Positions 31,280 through 40,257 of a stretch of DNA of 64,000 nucleotides are shown piece after piece. The position numbers and the translations under genes were made by a program. Positions within the stretch are counted from its first letter, which is position 1. Every line of letters begins with the position of its first letter. Source of the DNA: Desulfobacterales bacterium (GTDB taxonomy: Bacteria; Desulfobacterota; Desulfobacteria; Desulfobacterales; UBA5852); assembly GCA_963674755.2 (NCBI GenBank), contig CAXXVS010000003.1:128001-192000 (forward strand). Direction: 5' to 3'. A model generated the notes under the pieces. That model was not told the DNA's origin, searched no databases, and worked only from the letters and a program-made list of their open reading frames with translations.

Positions 31280-31413
31280 TTATTTTTAAGATAACATGGT
31301 TGCGGTTTATAGAATGCAAATGTTCTGGAGCCTTGTGTGACTATAGAAAAGTGCGCAGGGGACGTACACAAACATGCGGGATGTTGGCCGGCTTTACTGC
31401 AGAAGATGATATC

Positions 31414-31600
31414 AGAAGCTATTCCAAAAAAGTCTTCTCGCCCGATCCGCCAGCGGCGGGCAAGTATCGGCGTTGATGCCTCGTCTCAAATCCTCGCCAT
31501 ACCTGAGTATGTACCCAAGGGTACTTCCTTCGGGCGCCTACGGATTGATTCTCAGCCTCGTCTTGATCTTGAACGAAAACCCTAATTCTTGGATGGCTTT
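31414..31600. repeat. MITE-like element (central-hairpin family C)
   Basis: imperfect inverted ends aagctattccaaaaa / ttcttggatggcttt; internal tcctcgccatacctgagtatgt hairpin. Confidence 0.5.
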
Positions 31601-31690
31601 TGGAAATTGCTACCATAATCGGAACGGCATGTAAAGCGCACGGTTTCGGATTTTCTGCATTATTGCGATGACTTACAATTATATTTTGTT

Positions 31691-31800
31691 CTGGATGCCC
31701 GCCTGCGCAGGCATGACGGTGGAGGGTTGGCCTTCTCGAAATCGGGATCGAGCTTCGATTTATTTCGATTGCGATTTCGATCCCGATAGCGATCCCGATT
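31691..31800. repeat. REP-like hairpins
   Basis: ctggatgcccgcctgcgcaggcatgac followed by aatcgggatcg..cgatcccgatt stem with short cgat-rich repeats. Confidence 0.5.
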
Positions 31801-32015
31801 TGTAGCGCCTATAACTGCATTCTAACCGCCGGAATTCGCTTTATGCTGCGTTTCGCATAATCTCCGCCTGCTTCTCATCCTCCTCCCCCGCGAACGAAAT
31901 ATTTTCGGAGGCGATCCGGATTGTCCGGAAGGGCGACCCTGCCGTACCGGGCGATCCAGCGCCCGTCATTCGGCTGGTGGCTTGCCATGGTTGATGGATC
32001 ACACCTTCACGAATG

Positions 32016-32174
32016 CTACCGGTTGCGCTTGTCTCGGACGCCCAGGAATATGCTTGCCGAGATACTTTCGAGGATCTTGGCACGAATCTGGATGATCAGG
32101 CAAAGGATGCAAACAATTAGGCTGACGATGAAAACCGCCTCATAGATCAAGTGGGAATGGTCGATTCCGAACAT
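32016..32174 (-). CDS. small membrane protein (52 aa), below ORF-track cutoff
   Basis: MFGIDHSHLIYEAVFIVSLIVCILCLIIQIRAKILESISASIFLGVRDKRNR; AAAGGGGTG RBS 7 nt before ATG; one TM helix and basic tail. Confidence 0.55.
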   Translation of the reverse strand: MFGIDHSHLIYEAVFIVSLIVCILCLIIQIRAKILESISASIFLGVRDKRNR

Positions 32175-32555
32175 AGAGAAACACCCCTTTCAAAGGTTTT
32201 CGAAAGCCCCGTTGCAGGGCTGCGGGATGCCGGCTTTGAGGGGGTTGCTGGCTTGCTATTCCACGATCAGGGCGCATGTCCTTCGCCCTGCGTAGGTCCG
32301 GTTCATAAGGTCGGGACGGCCTGGGTTTGACATATATGCATCCGGCGAGCGTCGCGCGAGGGCTCGAACCGATGGCGTCCTCGGGCGATCCCTTGGACCG
32401 GTAATTGCGTCATACTTGCAATGTGTTGGGACGCAGATAACTCTTATCGGCAGGCGGCTGTAAAGTCAATGCCTGAACATCGCCATGCGGCACCGCAACC
32501 CGATATTCTCAAAAGCTCGTAGCGAAGCCTGCCTGGCGGCAACGATCGATACCGA

Positions 32556-32584
32556 TTGACAACGCCCTACAGCAGGTGTATTGT
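32556..32584 (+). promoter_or_regulatory. sigma70-type promoter of DEAD-box helicase
   Basis: TTGACA-17 bp-TATTGT. Confidence 0.6.
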
Positions 32585-32630
32585 CCATCATCTTTAACCG
32601 CTGTTCCTGGAAACAAACGACATCATCGTA

Positions 32631-32658
32631 AAGCTCCGGAATGCATCCGGGGCTTTTT
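32631..32658 (+). terminator. terminator-like hairpin inside helicase 5' leader
   Basis: aagctccgga-atgca-tccggggc then ttttt. Confidence 0.55.
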
Positions 32659-32728
32659 GTATTTGGAAGCCCGCACAAAATTTTTGCGTAGGCTTCTGTG
32701 CGGAACGCGAAAACCAAAGGAAATCTTT

Positions 32729-34027
32729 TTGAACACATTTGACACATTTGCCCTTCACCCCCGTGTGGTCTCCGGCATTACCGCCGCCGGCTACACCACC
32801 CCCACCCCCATCCAGGCCGAAGCCATTCCCACGGTCATGGAAGGCCGCGACGTCATGGGCCTGGCCCAGACCGGCACCGGCAAGACTGCAGCTTTCGTGC
32901 TGCCCATTTTAAACCGCCTGATGGACGGCCCCAAGGGGACCCTGCGGGCCCTCGTTGTGGCCCCTACGCGCGAGCTGGCCGAGCAGATCCACGAGGCCAT
33001 CGGCGTGCTGGCCCGCAAGACCGGGCTCAAAAGCGCCACGGCCTATGGCGGGGTGAGCATCAACCCCCAGATCAACCGCTTCCGGCAGGGCATCGATATC
33101 CTGGTGGCCTGCCCCGGACGCTTGCTGGACCATATCGACCGGAAAACCGTACGCTTGAAAAAGCTTGAAGTCCTGGTGCTGGACGAGGCCGACATGATGT
33201 TCGACATGGGTTTTCTCCCGGACATCCGGCGCATCATCGCCCAAGTGCCCAAGGAGCGCCAGACCCTGCTTTTTTCGGCCACCATGCCCCCGGAAATCCG
33301 GCGGCTGGCCAAAGAGACCCTCACCCGGCCGGTCACGGTCCAGGTGGGACGCACGGCCCCGGCGGAGACTGTCAGCCACGCCCTCTACCCGGTGGAGCAA
33401 CACCTCAAGACCGCCATCCTGCTGAAACTGTTGAACCGCACGGACGGCGGATCGGTGCTGATCTTCACCCGCACCAAACACCGCGCCAAGAGCCTGGGGG
33501 CCAAGCTGGACAAGGCCGGCTACCGCTCCGCTTCGCTGCAGGGCAACCTGTCCCAGAACCGGCGCAAGGCCGCCCTGGACGGTTTCCGGGAAGGCGCCTT
33601 CCAAATCCTGGTGGCCACCGACATCGCCGCCCGGGGCATCGACGTGACCCGGATCTCCCATGTGATCAACTATGACATCCCCAATACGCCCGAAGCCTAT
33701 ATCCACCGCATCGGCCGCACCGGCCGGGCCGCCCGCACCGGGGACGCCTTCACCCTGGCCACCCAGGAAGACCATGGCATGGTGCGCAGCATCGAGCGCC
33801 TCCTGGGAAGCCCCCTGGAGCGACGCCGGCTGGAGGATTTCGACTACCAGGCACCGGCTCCCAAGCAGGACAGAGAATTCGCCCGTCCCCCACGCCCGGC
33901 CGGCCGCAACCAACGCCCTGCCGGAGCCGCTAAAGGCCGCCGAACCTGGCCCCAGCGCAAATCATCCGCGCCTTCCACGGCCAACCGCCGTTCGCAAACG
34001 CGACGCCGAGCTTCCGCGGCTGCATAA
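32729..34027 (+). CDS. DEAD-box RNA helicase (RhlE-like)
   Basis: Q motif PTPIQ, AQTGTGKT, PTRELA, DEAD, SAT, HRIGRTGR; basic tail; TTG start after AAGGA. Confidence 0.95.
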   Translation: MNTFDTFALHPRVVSGITAAGYTTPTPIQAEAIPTVMEGRDVMGLAQTGTGKTAAFVLPILNRLMDGPKGTLRALVVAPTRELAEQIHEAIGVLARKTGLKSATAYGGVSINPQINRFRQGIDILVACPGRLLDHIDRKTVRLKKLEVLVLDEADMMFDMGFLPDIRRIIAQVPKERQTLLFSATMPPEIRRLAKETLTRPVTVQVGRTAPAETVSHALYPVEQHLKTAILLKLLNRTDGGSVLIFTRTKHRAKSLGAKLDKAGYRSASLQGNLSQNRRKAALDGFREGAFQILVATDIAARGIDVTRISHVINYDIPNTPEAYIHRIGRTGRAARTGDAFTLATQEDHGMVRSIERLLGSPLERRRLEDFDYQAPAPKQDREFARPPRPAGRNQRPAGAAKGRRTWPQRKSSAPSTANRRSQTRRRASAAA

Positions 34028-34059
34028 CAGCGTTTTTTGCCCCAAAATTTGATAAACGG

Positions 34060-34086
34060 AAGGGCGGTCCTCGGACCGCCCTTTTT
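34060..34086 (+). terminator. intrinsic terminator
   Basis: aagggcggtc-ctcg-gaccgccc-ttttt after helicase stop. Confidence 0.8.
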
Positions 34087-34189
34087 CTATTGGGCGGGAT
34101 TGAATTCCTTACTCTAGTGCAGTGGGCTTCAGATACCCCTTTAGGAAAGCTTTAAAATGGTTTTGCGTTTTTGATTTTCTGGTTTCCCA

Positions 34190-34397
34190 TTGTCCCGCGC
34201 TGAGCATCGGCGATGCGGCCGGATTAAAGCGCGCGGACTGTCTGAACCCTGCTGAAAGCGGGGTGAGTTTCCGCGTGCTCCGGCCGTGTCGACGACGCGC
34301 AGGGCAGCCCCGAAGGGGCCGCGGGACACGGGCGTCTGAAGCCTGTCACGCCGAGGCGTGATTGGTTCGTTTTCTTCCACGTGGAAGAAAATGAACA
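34190..34397 (+). repeat. dispersed structured repeat, family A copy 1
   Basis: ttgtcccgcgc(t/c)gagcatc..gacgcgcagg..cgggacacgggcgtct..ttttct(t/g)ccacg(t/c)ggaagaaaa shared by five loci. Confidence 0.85.
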
Positions 34398-34425
34398 AAG
34401 GGAAAAATAAGGTTTTGTTCAAATT

Positions 34426-34456
34426 AAAAAGGGGCGGTCATCAGACCGCCCTTTTT
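34426..34456. terminator. second, near-identical (bidirectional) terminator
   Basis: aaaaaggggcggtc-atca-gaccgccc-ttttt. Confidence 0.7.
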
Positions 34457-34774
34457 ATGTTGTTCTGAAATTCACCAAAGAAACTCCGTCGACCAATTGC
34501 CCAACCCAGCCATCACCCGCCTGATAGCCTCCTCCATGAATAGATAACACCTGAGACGGTGCGCTCTTGTCTGAAAAATCCCCTTGTGCGAACAGGGCCT
34601 GCCATGTTATGGGCATAAGTTCATAATAGTAAATTTTGGCACCCTGGGGAAGGCCGCTTCCGGGCCCTTTTCAAACACGGCGCGAAAGGTCTTCATTTCT
34701 CCACCATGAGCCGGCCCGAACCGCTCACGCCATTATCGCCAACCTGGATAAGAGGGGGGTTAGCGAAAACGAAC

Positions 34775-35230
34775 ATGAATAATTTCGATCAGTTTATGAA
34801 CGACTTGCAGGAACGGATTTTCGACGAGGCCCGGGAGGCCTATGGGGAGAAGGGGTTTAACCGTTGGCGCAACCCCCGGTTCAACGGCCGGATGGAATCG
34901 GCCGACAGTTTCGCCCGTGTCACCGGCGATTGCGGCGACAGCATCGAAATCTATTTGCAAATCGAGGACCACCGGATCACGGACGCCTCCTATTTTACGG
35001 ACGGATGCGGCTCCAGCAACATCTGCGGCTCGTTTGCCGCCGAACTGGCCATCGGCAAGGATCTGGACGCGGTCGCCGATATCGACGGCGAGGCGGTCTT
35101 AAACGCCATCGGACGGCTTCCTTCGGATGACCGGCACTGCGCGGATCTGGCCGCCGCCGCCCTGCAGGAGGCCCTGAGCCGATATATGCAGCGCTGGGTT
35201 TCAGGTGAACGCCTCCCCACTGAACCCTAA
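34775..35230 (+). CDS. NifU/IscU N-terminal-like Fe-S scaffold protein
   Basis: NPRFNG, TGDCGDSI, TDGCGSS, DRHCA (three conserved Cys). Confidence 0.88.
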   Translation: MNNFDQFMNDLQERIFDEAREAYGEKGFNRWRNPRFNGRMESADSFARVTGDCGDSIEIYLQIEDHRITDASYFTDGCGSSNICGSFAAELAIGKDLDAVADIDGEAVLNAIGRLPSDDRHCADLAAAALQEALSRYMQRWVSGERLPTEP

Positions 35231-35251
35231 CCGATGGGAGAGGAGCGCAAA

Positions 35252-35629
35252 ATGACCAAAATCGCCATTATCCGTTGTGAAAAGAACGTGGAACGATGCC
35301 CCTTGACGGGCTGCTTCAAGTGCCTGACGGCAGCCACGGAAGGGTTTGCCGGATATCAGGCGGCGGTGCCCGCCGGAGTGTTCACCTGCCGCTGCCCAGG
35401 AGACAACGTGGCGGACCTGGGCAAGATCCTGAAAGCCAAGGGGGCCGAAGCTATCCATTTCTGCACCTGCACGTTTGCCGGCAAAACCGAAAACGGTTGG
35501 GAAATCGCAAAAGGCGGCTTCTGCGACCAGGTCGACGCGCTGATGGAGCAGGTTCATCAGGCAACGGGGCTTGCCTGTGTAAAAGGGACCGCCCATCTGC
35601 CGAAAGATTATATCCCGGTAAGGCTGTAA
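35252..35629 (+). CDS. CGGC-domain-like Cys-rich protein
   Basis: KIAIIRC..CPLTGC..GVFTCRCPG..AIHFCTC..FC..KGTAH. Confidence 0.75.
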   Translation: MTKIAIIRCEKNVERCPLTGCFKCLTAATEGFAGYQAAVPAGVFTCRCPGDNVADLGKILKAKGAEAIHFCTCTFAGKTENGWEIAKGGFCDQVDALMEQVHQATGLACVKGTAHLPKDYIPVRL

Positions 35630-35876
35630 AGAGCTGCGGCTAAGCAGCGCCTCAGACAGCCCTCTTGAAGGAAGCTTGAATTCGGATTTACAATTTTTGG
35701 TGTTTGCTGTCCCTTTGTCCCGCGCCGAGCATCCCGTCTGCAGGCGAAAAAGACGCGGCGACTGCCTGTCCGCCGAAGGCTTGCCGCAGGCGGGTTTGAG
35801 CCCCGCCGTAGCCTTGGCGAAGGCCGGGCGAGTTCCGGCGCGTCCGACTGCATCAACCGGTCGATGCAGCAAGCAT

Positions 35877-36025
35877 CATGTTGTCAGACAAGGCGTCATG
35901 CGAAGTGAGGCGCGCAGTCCCGCCGACGGCGGGATGAGCACCCGAGCGAGTTTGGGACTCACCGAAATATGTAAATGCAGATGAGAACTCCCGCAACGCG
36001 GGACAACGCCGCATGGCGGCATGAG
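35877..36025. repeat. family B MITE-like repeat nested in family A copy
   Basis: ends catgttgtc / ggcggcatg; caaggcg..gcgcgcag-hairpin-tgagca..aacgccgca. Confidence 0.55.
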
Positions 36026-36123
36026 GCGCCGCTGCATCGGCCGGTTGGGCGACGCGCAGGGCAAAGCACGGGACATGAGCGTCTGAAGCCTGTCACGCCA
36101 AGGCGTGATTGGTTCCTTTTCTT

Positions 36124-36246
36124 GACGCTTCCGTAAAAAGTCCGATATCGGCGTTACGCTTCGCCCCTCGTCTTTGCGGCGTACCAACGTACGCCTCTTT
36201 CCTCAGGGCTTGCAAGCCTTGGTCTCGAACTTTTTTCGCAACCGTC
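36124..36246. mobile_element. MITE with ~20-bp terminal inverted repeats
   Basis: gacgcttccgtaaaaagtcc versus reverse complement of right end gacggttgcgaaaaaagttc; internal gcgtaccaacgtacgcc hairpin. Confidence 0.7.
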
Positions 36247-36412
36247 TATAAGATGAGCTAATACGTGTCCATTTTTTCTTCCACGTGGAAGAAAATGAAC
36301 ACGCGCTGGGAAAAAATAAGAATTGTTCAAATGTGCTGATAGATGCGTTGGCAGAAGGACCGTACAGGGGGTAATGGAGGGAAGGTTTATCCAGGCAGGG
36401 CGTAAGGGTCCG

Positions 36413-36610
36413 TCAGGCCACACTGGGCATGATCTTGCGTGGAGCCGGAGCACCTCGCAAGAGTCCTTCGGCAGACAGATCTTCGTCGATGTCCGGCCAG
36501 TAGATGCCAAAACCGCCGCCGGCGAGCTTCCAGTTGCCGCGCTGCTCAGCGCTGGCGTGCAACAACCGTGGATACCAAGTCAACGGCGATATTGCCGGAA
36601 TCCTGCCAGA
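36413..36610 (-). pseudogene. DUF2442-type protein, 5'-truncated
   Basis: PLTWYPRLLHAS..GGGFGIYWPDIDEDLS..LLRGAPAP; N-terminus replaced by neighbouring gene. Confidence 0.7.
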
Positions 36611-36885
36611 ACCCAGTAGGCCCCCCAGCCCACGAGCACCGGCGCCGCACCGACCGCGACGAACAAAAGCTGGTTTCCCTGCCAGGGCTGCAGCCACAGG
36701 GCCGCGGCCGCCGGCCAGATCACCGAAGCCAGGATGGCCAGGCGCAATCGGCCCGAGAGGCGTTTGACCAGGGGACGGGGCGGGGCTTTGCGCACCGGGG
36801 GTGCCGGGCGGGACACCATGCGGGGAAGAAAGAACAGCACGATCACAATGATGAGTATCAGCAGTATTTCAGAGAGTCCGGACAA
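36580..36885 (-). CDS. small membrane protein
   Basis: 101 aa, three hydrophobic segments, GGAG RBS before TTG start. Confidence 0.7.
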   Translation of the reverse strand: MSGLSEILLILIIVIVLFFLPRMVSRPAPPVRKAPPRPLVKRLSGRLRLAILASVIWPAAAALWLQPWQGNQLLFVAVGAAPVLVGWGAYWVLAGFRQYRR

Positions 36886-37132
36886 TCAAATCTCCCGTTA
36901 CATTTATCCGCTCAGTGTCCGTCCATAAATGGTAGTTTTTGGTTCCTGGCAAGGCCCGAGCGCGTTTTCCCGCTTCGTGGGATGCCCCGTCTGATCTATT
37001 TCCTACCGGTGAGTGTCAACCGGGAAAATAGCCCTATATTCCGAGAATTGAAAACAAGCAGGAAGCCTCAGGTAACGCCCTCGAAGGGGCCTTGAAAACG
37101 CTGTTTTTCGGCTTTGGCTTTTCAGGTTTCCC

Positions 37133-37347
37133 TTTGTCCCGCGCCGAGCATCCCGTCTGTGGGCGAAAAAGACGCGGCGACTGTCTGAGTCCGCCGTAGC
37201 GTGAGCGAAGGCGGGCGAGTTTCGGTGCGTCCGACCACGGACGGGACGCGCAGGGCAGCCCCGCAGGGGCCGCGGGACACGGGCGTCTGAAGCTTGTCAC
37301 GCCGAGGCGTGATTGGTTACTTTTCTGCCACGCGGAAGAAAAGTAAC
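37133..37347 (+). repeat. family A copy 3
   Basis: tttgtcccgcgccgagcatc..gttacttttctgccacgcggaagaaaagtaac. Confidence 0.85.
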
Positions 37348-37447
37348 AACTGCAAAATACATCTGATCGGTAGAACCGCTCTGGAGCATCCAGCACCAAC
37401 CGACCTTATCCCAAGGCGGGGGAAACCTCAACCCCCGGAACCGCCCC

Positions 37448-38380
37448 TCAGCCGCCCGGTCCCTCGAACGCCATGGCCACCCACTCCTCTTTTAAAAAGG
37501 TTTTGGCCAGGCGAAACCCCAGCGCCCCGGCCCGGGAGGCCACCGCTTCCTGCTGGCTATGGAGAATGCCCGAGCAGATGAATATGCCGCCCGGTACCAA
37601 CACCTCCGGCACATGGGGCAGCAGGGTGAGGACCACCTCCGCCAGGATATTGGCCACCACCAGATCGTAGCGCTCGGCCACGCCGCCCAGCAAATCACCC
37701 TGCCAGACCCGGCAGCGGTCCGCCGGCACGGCATTGAGGATCAGGTTCTGGCGGGCCACGATCACCGCCACCGGGTCGTTGTCGATCCCGTGCACGGCGG
37801 CGGCGCCCAGCAGAGCGGCGGCCGTCATGAGGATGCCCGAACCCGTGCCGATATCCAGCAGACGATCTTCCGGTTTGAGGTAGATTTCCAGCAGTTGGAG
37901 GCACTGGGCGGTGGTGGGGTGGGCGCCGGTCCCGAACGCCATCCCCGGATCGATTTCCAGCACAAGTTCGTCGTCCGTGGGGTGATAGTCCCGCCAGGTG
38001 GGTTTGACCACGATGCGCCCGGAAACTTTTTCCGGCCAGAAAAAGGCTTTCCAGGATTCAGCCCAGTCCTCTTCGTCCACGGCCCGGTAGAAGACCCGGT
38101 GCTGCATCTGCAGCGGCCCGTCCAATGCCTTCAGGGCCGCTTCGAACTGCCCGCGCTGGTCCTGGTCGAAGACCGTCGCCGGGAAATAGCCGCTCACGGC
38201 ATGCACGGTGGGGCGCACCTCGTCTTCCAGAATCACGTCCGTGCCGGGCGGCGGTTCCACGTCGGGGTCGTCCACCACCACCCCCTTGACCCCGTACCGG
38301 TAGAAGACGTCCGCGATCAGCTCTTCGGCCGCGGCATTCTGGCCGGTGTCAAAATCGATCTTGGCTTCGATCCATTCCAT
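37448..38380 (-). CDS. prmA: 50S ribosomal protein L11 methyltransferase
   Basis: EEDWAESWK, IDPGMAFGTGAHPTT, LDIGTGSG, VVANILA, SGIL; start re-assigned to MEWIE. Confidence 0.95.
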   Translation of the reverse strand: MEWIEAKIDFDTGQNAAAEELIADVFYRYGVKGVVVDDPDVEPPPGTDVILEDEVRPTVHAVSGYFPATVFDQDQRGQFEAALKALDGPLQMQHRVFYRAVDEEDWAESWKAFFWPEKVSGRIVVKPTWRDYHPTDDELVLEIDPGMAFGTGAHPTTAQCLQLLEIYLKPEDRLLDIGTGSGILMTAAALLGAAAVHGIDNDPVAVIVARQNLILNAVPADRCRVWQGDLLGGVAERYDLVVANILAEVVLTLLPHVPEVLVPGGIFICSGILHSQQEAVASRAGALGFRLAKTFLKEEWVAMAFEGPGG

Positions 38381-38397
38381 ACGGTACGCTCCTGCGC

Positions 38398-38541
38398 GTG
38401 ATGTGTCACAGGCGGCATCTTGCATCCCCCGGCGGCGTTCTCACCACATCGTTCGTCCTCGACGTAGCTTAGCTACGCCTGCGGCGCACGATGGGCTGCG
38501 GCCTTGCCGGGGAACGCAATCTACCGCCTGTAGAAAATCAC
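38398..38541. repeat. MITE-like element (family C) directly upstream of prmA
   Basis: ~35-bp imperfect inverted ends; central tcctcgacgtagcttagctacgcct hairpin. Confidence 0.65.
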
Positions 38542-38665
38542 AAATAGATCTTGATTTAAATTGTCTTTAGCAGCTTCTTAGTGAAACTCTTTCCCCACAA
38601 AATGAGAGGCTTTAGCAATCTCTCAAATGGAGAGTCACGGTTTTAAGGTTTTGAAGTTTATCCCC

Positions 38666-38758
38666 TTTGTCCCGCGCCGAGCATCGACGATGCGGCCGGC
38701 AGGAAGAAGCGGGACACGGGCGTCTGAAGCCTGTCACGCCGAGGCGTGATTGGTTACC
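38666..38758 (+). repeat. family A copy 4, internally deleted
   Basis: tttgtcccgcgccgagcatcg..gcgggacacgggcgtctgaagcctgtcacgccgaggcgtgattggttac. Confidence 0.8.
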
Positions 38759-38835
38759 GGGTTCAATAAACATGATCATCTTCATCTCGGAAGCAGATCA
38801 ATTGAAGCTAAGTGCTATGGCTTACAACCCCCACA

Positions 38836-40155
38836 TTATTTCAGAGAAGGGTTAAAGTACCCAAACTTCAACGCCGGAAATCTTTTTCTAATTTTCTTCA
38901 ACAACCTCGGCACCCCCATGGGCGCCCCCCCCGGCGCCGCCTCCTCCATCACCTGATAATACCGCAGGGGATCGTAGTTCAGGTTGCGCCACTGGATCAG
39001 GTGAATGGGATGCGCCTCGAGAAAAGCTTCCAGGGCCCGGTATTCCTCCGGCGTGTCCGTAAACCCCGGCAGGTTGAGGTAGTTGAGCGCCACGTGGCCT
39101 CCCCGGGCCAGGGCTTCATCCACGCTTTGGATCACGTTCTCGAAAGTGTAGCCCCGGGGGCGGAAATAGGCCTGGTAACCGTCTTTCCGCAGGCTGTTGA
39201 TGCTCACGCGCATGCTGTCCAGGCCGGCGTCAAAAAGCGCCGCCACCGTATCCGGCAGACTGGCGTTGGTATTGAGGTTGATGGTGCCCCGCTCGGTCTT
39301 CTCCCGGATCAGGCGGATGGCCGGTTCGATGGCTTCGGCCGCCAGCAGGGGATCGCCCTCGCAGCCCTGGCCAAAGCTCACCACCCCGTCCGGCACCCGC
39401 TCCAGGTGCGCCAGGGCGATTTCGGCAATCTCCTCCGGCGACGGCATAAAGGCGATGCGGTCCTGGCTGCAGGGAATCGGAGAGTCCTTTTGCAGGGACA
39501 GGCAGCCCAGGCAGCGGGCGTTGCAGCGGGGCGAGGTGGGCAGGGGCGCTTCGCAGCGGCCGATGAAGAAATTCTTGGCCGCCGGGCAGCCGTATTGCAA
39601 GGCGCATTTCTCCAGGTGCGTTCGCAGGCGATTGTCCGGCAGGGCGGCCTGGAAATGCCGCACCCCGCCCTGCACCTTGTCCAGGGGCATCAGGCGCAGG
39701 TCCTGGCGGCGCTCCCGGTCCACCTGCTGCACGGCCGTATAAAAGGTGCCGGCATGCCAGCCCACGGCCCCGTAGGAGAACAGCGGCAGGGCCTTGGCGG
39801 CTGCCGTCTCCTCATAGGCGCAAAGCCGAGTGATCACGTAGCCCGGGGAGTTGAAGGCCGCCACCGGAAACAGCGGCTCCCCGGGCGCGAAGGGGTTTTC
39901 CGCCAGGGTCACCAGCTCTCCGGTTTCCAGGTCCCAGACCACCGGCCGGCGGTCCGGCAGGTACATGAACTCGCTGCCATGGGGGATGCGCTGCGCCGTG
40001 CGGGTGGTCAGGGGCGTTAAGAGCGGCCCGTCCATGCCCACGGCGGCAAAACCTTCCAGGTCGATGATCTCTCCCTGGGCGGTGGCCACCAGGGCCGTCA
40101 AAAATTGTTCCGGGCGCCTGGCGGCGCCGCGCTGCTTGGGCCGGCGTTTGGTCAT
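38836..40155 (-). CDS. radical SAM protein
   Basis: CNARCLGC (CxxxCxxC), SFGQGCEGDP, NLNTNAS. Confidence 0.9.
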   Translation of the reverse strand: MTKRRPKQRGAARRPEQFLTALVATAQGEIIDLEGFAAVGMDGPLLTPLTTRTAQRIPHGSEFMYLPDRRPVVWDLETGELVTLAENPFAPGEPLFPVAAFNSPGYVITRLCAYEETAAAKALPLFSYGAVGWHAGTFYTAVQQVDRERRQDLRLMPLDKVQGGVRHFQAALPDNRLRTHLEKCALQYGCPAAKNFFIGRCEAPLPTSPRCNARCLGCLSLQKDSPIPCSQDRIAFMPSPEEIAEIALAHLERVPDGVVSFGQGCEGDPLLAAEAIEPAIRLIREKTERGTINLNTNASLPDTVAALFDAGLDSMRVSINSLRKDGYQAYFRPRGYTFENVIQSVDEALARGGHVALNYLNLPGFTDTPEEYRALEAFLEAHPIHLIQWRNLNYDPLRYYQVMEEAAPGGAPMGVPRLLKKIRKRFPALKFGYFNPSLK

Positions 40156-40257
40156 GTAAAAAATTGTCCTTTAAAAACCATAATAGTCACGAATAGGCGA
40201 GTAGGTAGTGAAAATCCGTTGAATTCTCAAGGGGAAAATGCCCGGCCGGCCAAAGCG

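Larger units (their letters stand above)
35714..36300 (+). repeat. family A copy 2, interrupted by nested elements
   Basis: family A segments at ~35714-35850, ~36040-36122 and ~36272-36300. Confidence 0.75.

Noticed and set aside
21095..31830. Integron cassette array
   Set aside because: No intI; boundary repeats lack paired RYYYAAC/GTTRRRY attC cores and cargo genes face both directions
34122..38855. Short ORFs overlapping family A/B/C repeats
   Set aside because: They translate repeat DNA and recur with the repeat; unlikely to be genes
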